From assembly GCA_963932905.1 (NCBI GenBank), contig CAWVRN010000039.1, forward strand, positions 1 to 26,824: 26,824 nucleotides of DNA. Direction: 5' to 3'. The DNA comes from an uncultured Bdellovibrio sp. (GTDB lineage: Bacteria; Bdellovibrionota; Bdellovibrionia; Bdellovibrionales; Bdellovibrionaceae). A program made the position numbers and the translations under genes. Shown here piece by piece: positions 23,693-26,824 of this stretch; the first letter of the stretch is position 1; every line of letters starts with the position of its first letter. A model generated the notes under the pieces. That model searched no databases. It worked only from the letters and a program-made list of their open reading frames with translations, and was not told the origin of the DNA.

Positions 23693-25051
23693 ATGACCCT
23701 TCGAGATTCGAAACGCCATAAAGGCGTACTTTCAGTAATTATATTTGGAGTCGCCTACTTCTTTCGCTTTCCCAAAATTGAAGGTCATACCGAGAATGCA
23801 AAGCTCAGTTGGCTTGTTCGCCTTCGTTGGGGTGCCATCGCTCTATTCTTTTGTATGGCGGGACCCGGTTATGTTTTCGGAGCCTTGAATCGCTCGACGA
23901 TCATAGTCTTCGTCGGGATTATTGGCGTTCTTTTTATTTTTAACCTTTTAACTCACCTCATTTTTGTTGAGAGCAAAACTCCTGTTGGTCCGCTTTTTAT
24001 TGGGTTTCAGCTGGCATTTGATTTAGCCGTGTTGACGGCTTTGTTATTGATCTCGGGAAGCTTCGGGAATCCGTTTGTTGCTTTATTTCTGTTGAATGCA
24101 GGATTGGGTGGTGTGTTGATTCGAGGACGAAACTCATGGCCGTTTGTTGTTCTTTGTCATGCCTTCTTGATCGCTCTTCAAATTGAATTTGCGATGAGCA
24201 ACATGGAACTTAGTTCTCAAACGTTTTGGATTTTTATTTTTGTTGCGCACATTCTGCTGTTTTCAGTCTGGATGGTAATGCGTTCATTGGGAACCTATCT
24301 AGAGGGACATTTTGAAAGTCTAAGTCTATCTCGAATTCAGAACGAAAAACAGGATCGTTTGCGCGCCCTCGGAGCTTTGGCTGCAGGTTTTTCGCACGAG
24401 TTCGCAAGTCCCTTGAATGCAGCAAAACTTCGTTTGGATCGGCTCGATAGAGCTTTTGAAAAAATCGAACTAACCCAAAACTGGTTAACCTCAGCCAAAG
24501 AGAATTTATTCGAAGCTCGAGAAAGTATTAAAGTATGTGAATCGGTGATTCATTCTATGAATGCGTCACAACTTGATGTTCGGGACTACAATTTGAAACC
24601 TGTAAACCTTCATGAATTCATTCAGGATGTCACCGCGTGTTGGCTTGAGGAGCATCCCCAAGCTCGATTGAAGGTCGATAACCCAATTGCGATATCTCTT
24701 TTGGTGTCTCCGATTAATTTAGCTCAAGTGATTTTGAATCTTCTGGACAATGCGTTTGAAGCGAATCCAAAGGGCCAGGTGATTTTGAGGCTCAACGAGG
24801 TTTCGTCAAATATTGAGTTATCTGTTGAAGATGAAGGCCCAGGATTCAGTGATCGTGTCTTAGATCGGCAGGGTGAACCCTTTGTGACGACGAAGCCAAA
24901 TGGAACAGGGCTTGGCCTGTATGTGAGCGAAATTTTCGTCCAAAGTCTTGGCGGCAATCTTTCGATCATTAATAAAGCAAATTCATCAGGTGCCGTTGTT
25001 ACGCTTTGTTTTCCGCGTCCAAAAATTACTTTAGCTGGTACCGAAGTATGA
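23693..25051 (+). CDS. regB: RegB/PrrB/ActS-like redox sensor histidine kinase
   Basis: Multi-TM sensor starting WLVRLRW, GSFGNPF (variant of GGxxNPF), H-box LGALAAGFSHEFASPL, downstream Cys (KVCES), NLLDNA, DEGPG, EPFVTTK, GTGLGL. Start uncertain (ATG 23693 chosen). Confidence 0.85.
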   Translation: MTLRDSKRHKGVLSVIIFGVAYFFRFPKIEGHTENAKLSWLVRLRWGAIALFFCMAGPGYVFGALNRSTIIVFVGIIGVLFIFNLLTHLIFVESKTPVGPLFIGFQLAFDLAVLTALLLISGSFGNPFVALFLLNAGLGGVLIRGRNSWPFVVLCHAFLIALQIEFAMSNMELSSQTFWIFIFVAHILLFSVWMVMRSLGTYLEGHFESLSLSRIQNEKQDRLRALGALAAGFSHEFASPLNAAKLRLDRLDRAFEKIELTQNWLTSAKENLFEARESIKVCESVIHSMNASQLDVRDYNLKPVNLHEFIQDVTACWLEEHPQARLKVDNPIAISLLVSPINLAQVILNLLDNAFEANPKGQVILRLNEVSSNIELSVEDEGPGFSDRVLDRQGEPFVTTKPNGTGLGLYVSEIFVQSLGGNLSIINKANSSGAVVTLCFPRPKITLAGTEV

Positions 25052-25557
25052 AAAAGCATACGTTGATTTTAGAAGATGATGTCAGACTTGCTCGCGGACT
25101 GCAGCGAGATTTCGAAGACCACGATTACCATGTGACGATCGCGAATCGAATCGCCGATATTCCAAATGATCAAAATTTCACTCACGCCGTGATTGATCTT
25201 AGGCTTTCTGGCGGTGACTTCGGTCTTGATGTCATCGCAGAACTAAAAAATCAAAATTCAGAAATAAGAATCGTTGTTCTTTCGGGTTATGGCAGTATCA
25301 CGACGGCCGTGGAGGCTGTCAAACGCGGAGTCGTTGACTATCTGACAAAGCCGGCATCATTCACCGAAATTGAACTAGCTTTGAATGGCAAACGGGTAAA
25401 GCCTGAAGCCGAATTTAAACGACGGTCACTTTCAGAAGTTGAGCACGAATACATCGATTTTGTTTTAACTAAAAACGAAGGCAACATCAGCAAGACGGCG
25501 AAGGATCTGGGGCTTCACCGTCAGAGTTTGCAGAGGAAGTTAAAAAAATACACCTAA
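25048..25557 (+). CDS. regA: RegA/PrrA/ActR-like response regulator (receiver + Fis-type HTH)
   Basis: LEDD, VIDLRL, LSGYGSITTAVEAVK.G..DYLTKP, GNISKTAKDLGLHRQSLQRKL. ATGA overlap with the kinase stop. Confidence 0.9.
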   Translation: MKKHTLILEDDVRLARGLQRDFEDHDYHVTIANRIADIPNDQNFTHAVIDLRLSGGDFGLDVIAELKNQNSEIRIVVLSGYGSITTAVEAVKRGVVDYLTKPASFTEIELALNGKRVKPEAEFKRRSLSEVEHEYIDFVLTKNEGNISKTAKDLGLHRQSLQRKLKKYT

Positions 25558-25584
25558 GCGATGTCTTAAAAAGGAGAAACGATC

Positions 25585-25626
25585 ATGATCAAAACCAATA
25601 TGCTGATTGTAGGTTCAAGAACATGA
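25585..25626 (+). CDS. 13-codon mini-ORF MIKTNMLIVGSRT coupled to the SCO gene
   Basis: SD AAGGAG at 25571-25576, ATG 25585. The TGA (25624-25626) overlaps the SCO ATG (25623-25625). Confidence 0.5.
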   Translation: MIKTNMLIVGSRT

Positions 25627-26213
25627 ATATTCAAAAGGGTGCCTTGGTAGCTTTAAGGATTTTAACGACCATTGCCATTGCGTTGGTCATATTTTTTGGA
25701 TTTTGGATTTGGAAGACCATGAAAGGCCCAATTTTTGGTGGTGATTTTATATTAACATACAGAGGCCAGAATTGGACATTTTCGGCGGCACCTAAAAAAT
25801 TGAATCTACTTTATTTCGGATACACGAAATGCCCCGATGTGTGTCCGATGTCTTTAAGCTACGCTGGCGGAGCATTTAGAATGTTAAATAAAGAAGAACT
25901 TAAGGATATTCGATTTATTTTTTTAAGTGTTGATCAAGCGCACGACAAGCCCGACGAAGTTGCCGACTACGCGACAAATTTTTTCCCAAGTTTTATTGGT
26001 CTCAGTGGCAGCAAAGAGCAAATTGACAAAACGATTGGTCTATTTCCGGCAAGCTACATCCTTGAGGAGAACCCAAAGTCATACTTGGGATACTCGATTT
26101 CGCATACTGACAGAATTTTCTTTCTAGATTCTAAAGGAATCGTCATTGATTCAATACCTGGATCGAAAGAAGGCTCAGAGTCCATTTACAAAAAAATTAA
26201 GGAGAATTTATGA
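25623..26213 (+). CDS. SCO1/SenC family copper-binding protein
   Basis: N-terminal TM, YFGYTKCPDVCP (CxxxC), SVD..HD, ISHT (Cu-ligand His). Confidence 0.95.
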   Translation: MNIQKGALVALRILTTIAIALVIFFGFWIWKTMKGPIFGGDFILTYRGQNWTFSAAPKKLNLLYFGYTKCPDVCPMSLSYAGGAFRMLNKEELKDIRFIFLSVDQAHDKPDEVADYATNFFPSFIGLSGSKEQIDKTIGLFPASYILEENPKSYLGYSISHTDRIFFLDSKGIVIDSIPGSKEGSESIYKKIKENL

Positions 26214-26662
26214 AAAAAAATATTTTATTAGCGACGACCATACTAGCGTTCACATACACAGCTTCAGCCGATTGCGATTTAAAAGCAAAGGTCGAGTTTT
26301 CAGAATCGCGCATCTTTACGCCACTTAAAGGCTCAAATGCCACTGGTGGTTTTGCAAAAATAAAAAACAACTGCGCTGAAGAATTAGAGTTGGTATTTAA
26401 GAGTGCGGACGGTTTTAAAGCAGTCGAGTCCCATGTCACAGTTGAAGAAGATGGTCGAATGGCTATGAAGAAAACCGACTCTTTTAAAATCAAACCAGGC
26501 GAGACTCTTGAATTGGCTCCCGGTGGCAAGCATCTCATGTTTTTTGATCCTCAAACGGAAATCACGGAAGGCTCAGAAGTTAAACTTACTTTCATTTTTA
26601 ATAAAAAGGAACTTTCTGTTCCATTTAAGGTCGTCTCAAGAATTAAAGAACTGGCTCCTTAG
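26210..26662 (+). CDS. PCu(A)C copper chaperone
   Basis: Signal peptide, ESH-x10-M...APGGKHLM (H-x10-M-x21-HxM type). ATGA overlap with SCO, SD AAGGAG. Confidence 0.93.
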   Translation: MKKNILLATTILAFTYTASADCDLKAKVEFSESRIFTPLKGSNATGGFAKIKNNCAEELELVFKSADGFKAVESHVTVEEDGRMAMKKTDSFKIKPGETLELAPGGKHLMFFDPQTEITEGSEVKLTFIFNKKELSVPFKVVSRIKELAP

Positions 26663-26674
26663 CTTGCGGCTAAG
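26648..26674 (+). repeat. 27-bp hairpin-containing repeat, copy 2 (GAACTGGCTCCTTAGCTTGCGGCTAAG)
   Basis: 25/27 identical to the reverse complement of 27-53. Encodes the last codons (ELAP) and the TAG stop of PCu(A)C. Confidence 0.8.
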
Positions 26675-26824
26675 AAGCTAAATTCTATTGGAAAGACAGT
26701 TGTTTAGTTGAAATTTAAAAGCGCTGTCTTGAAACAGTTTTTCAAAAGAAAAATTATTATCCGAATTAACTCGTAATACATTCGAGTTTCGATCCCTCAA
26801 AAAAGCGAGCGTGTTGAATCTTTC

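Noticed and set aside
1..26824. CRISPR array, tRNA/rRNA, prophage, IS element or recognisable anti-phage defence system
   Set aside because: No regularly spaced repeats, RNA-gene signatures, transposase/integrase, phage structural genes or known defence domains were seen. The two 27-bp inverted copies alone do not establish a transposon.

Overview
Gene-dense bacterial chromosomal window of roughly 40% GC by eye. The gene repertoire and style suggest a Bdellovibrionota-like organism (inference, not verified). No rRNA, tRNA, CRISPR array, transposase or integrase is visible. Left part: small regulator-target modules (TetR with an SDR, ArsR with an SRPBCC protein), a DUF4421-like outer-membrane protein, a YecM-HAD fusion and a CBS protein. 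Centre (6488-14389), the most interesting part: a tightly coupled minus-strand operon of fatty acyl-AMP ligase, ACP, acyl-CoA/ACP dehydrogenase, luciferase-like monooxygenase, PlsC-type acyltransferase and a small, possibly GNAT-fold protein. A cytochrome P450 lies on the opposite strand between it and a DUF2878-like membrane gene. It looks like a PKS/NRPS-free, ACP-based pathway for an oxidised lipid or aminolipid, with a sigma54-type promoter. Upstream are an orphan LolE/FtsX-type permease and a lipoprotein. Right part: stand-alone Smr, FrnE/DsbA, a helical hypothetical protein, a secreted permuted NlpC/P60 hydrolase, and a cytochrome b / PepSY / RegB-RegA / SCO / PCu(A)C redox-copper locus with a 13-codon coupled mini-ORF. 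A 27-bp hairpin-containing element occurs in inverted orientation near both window ends (25/27 identical).
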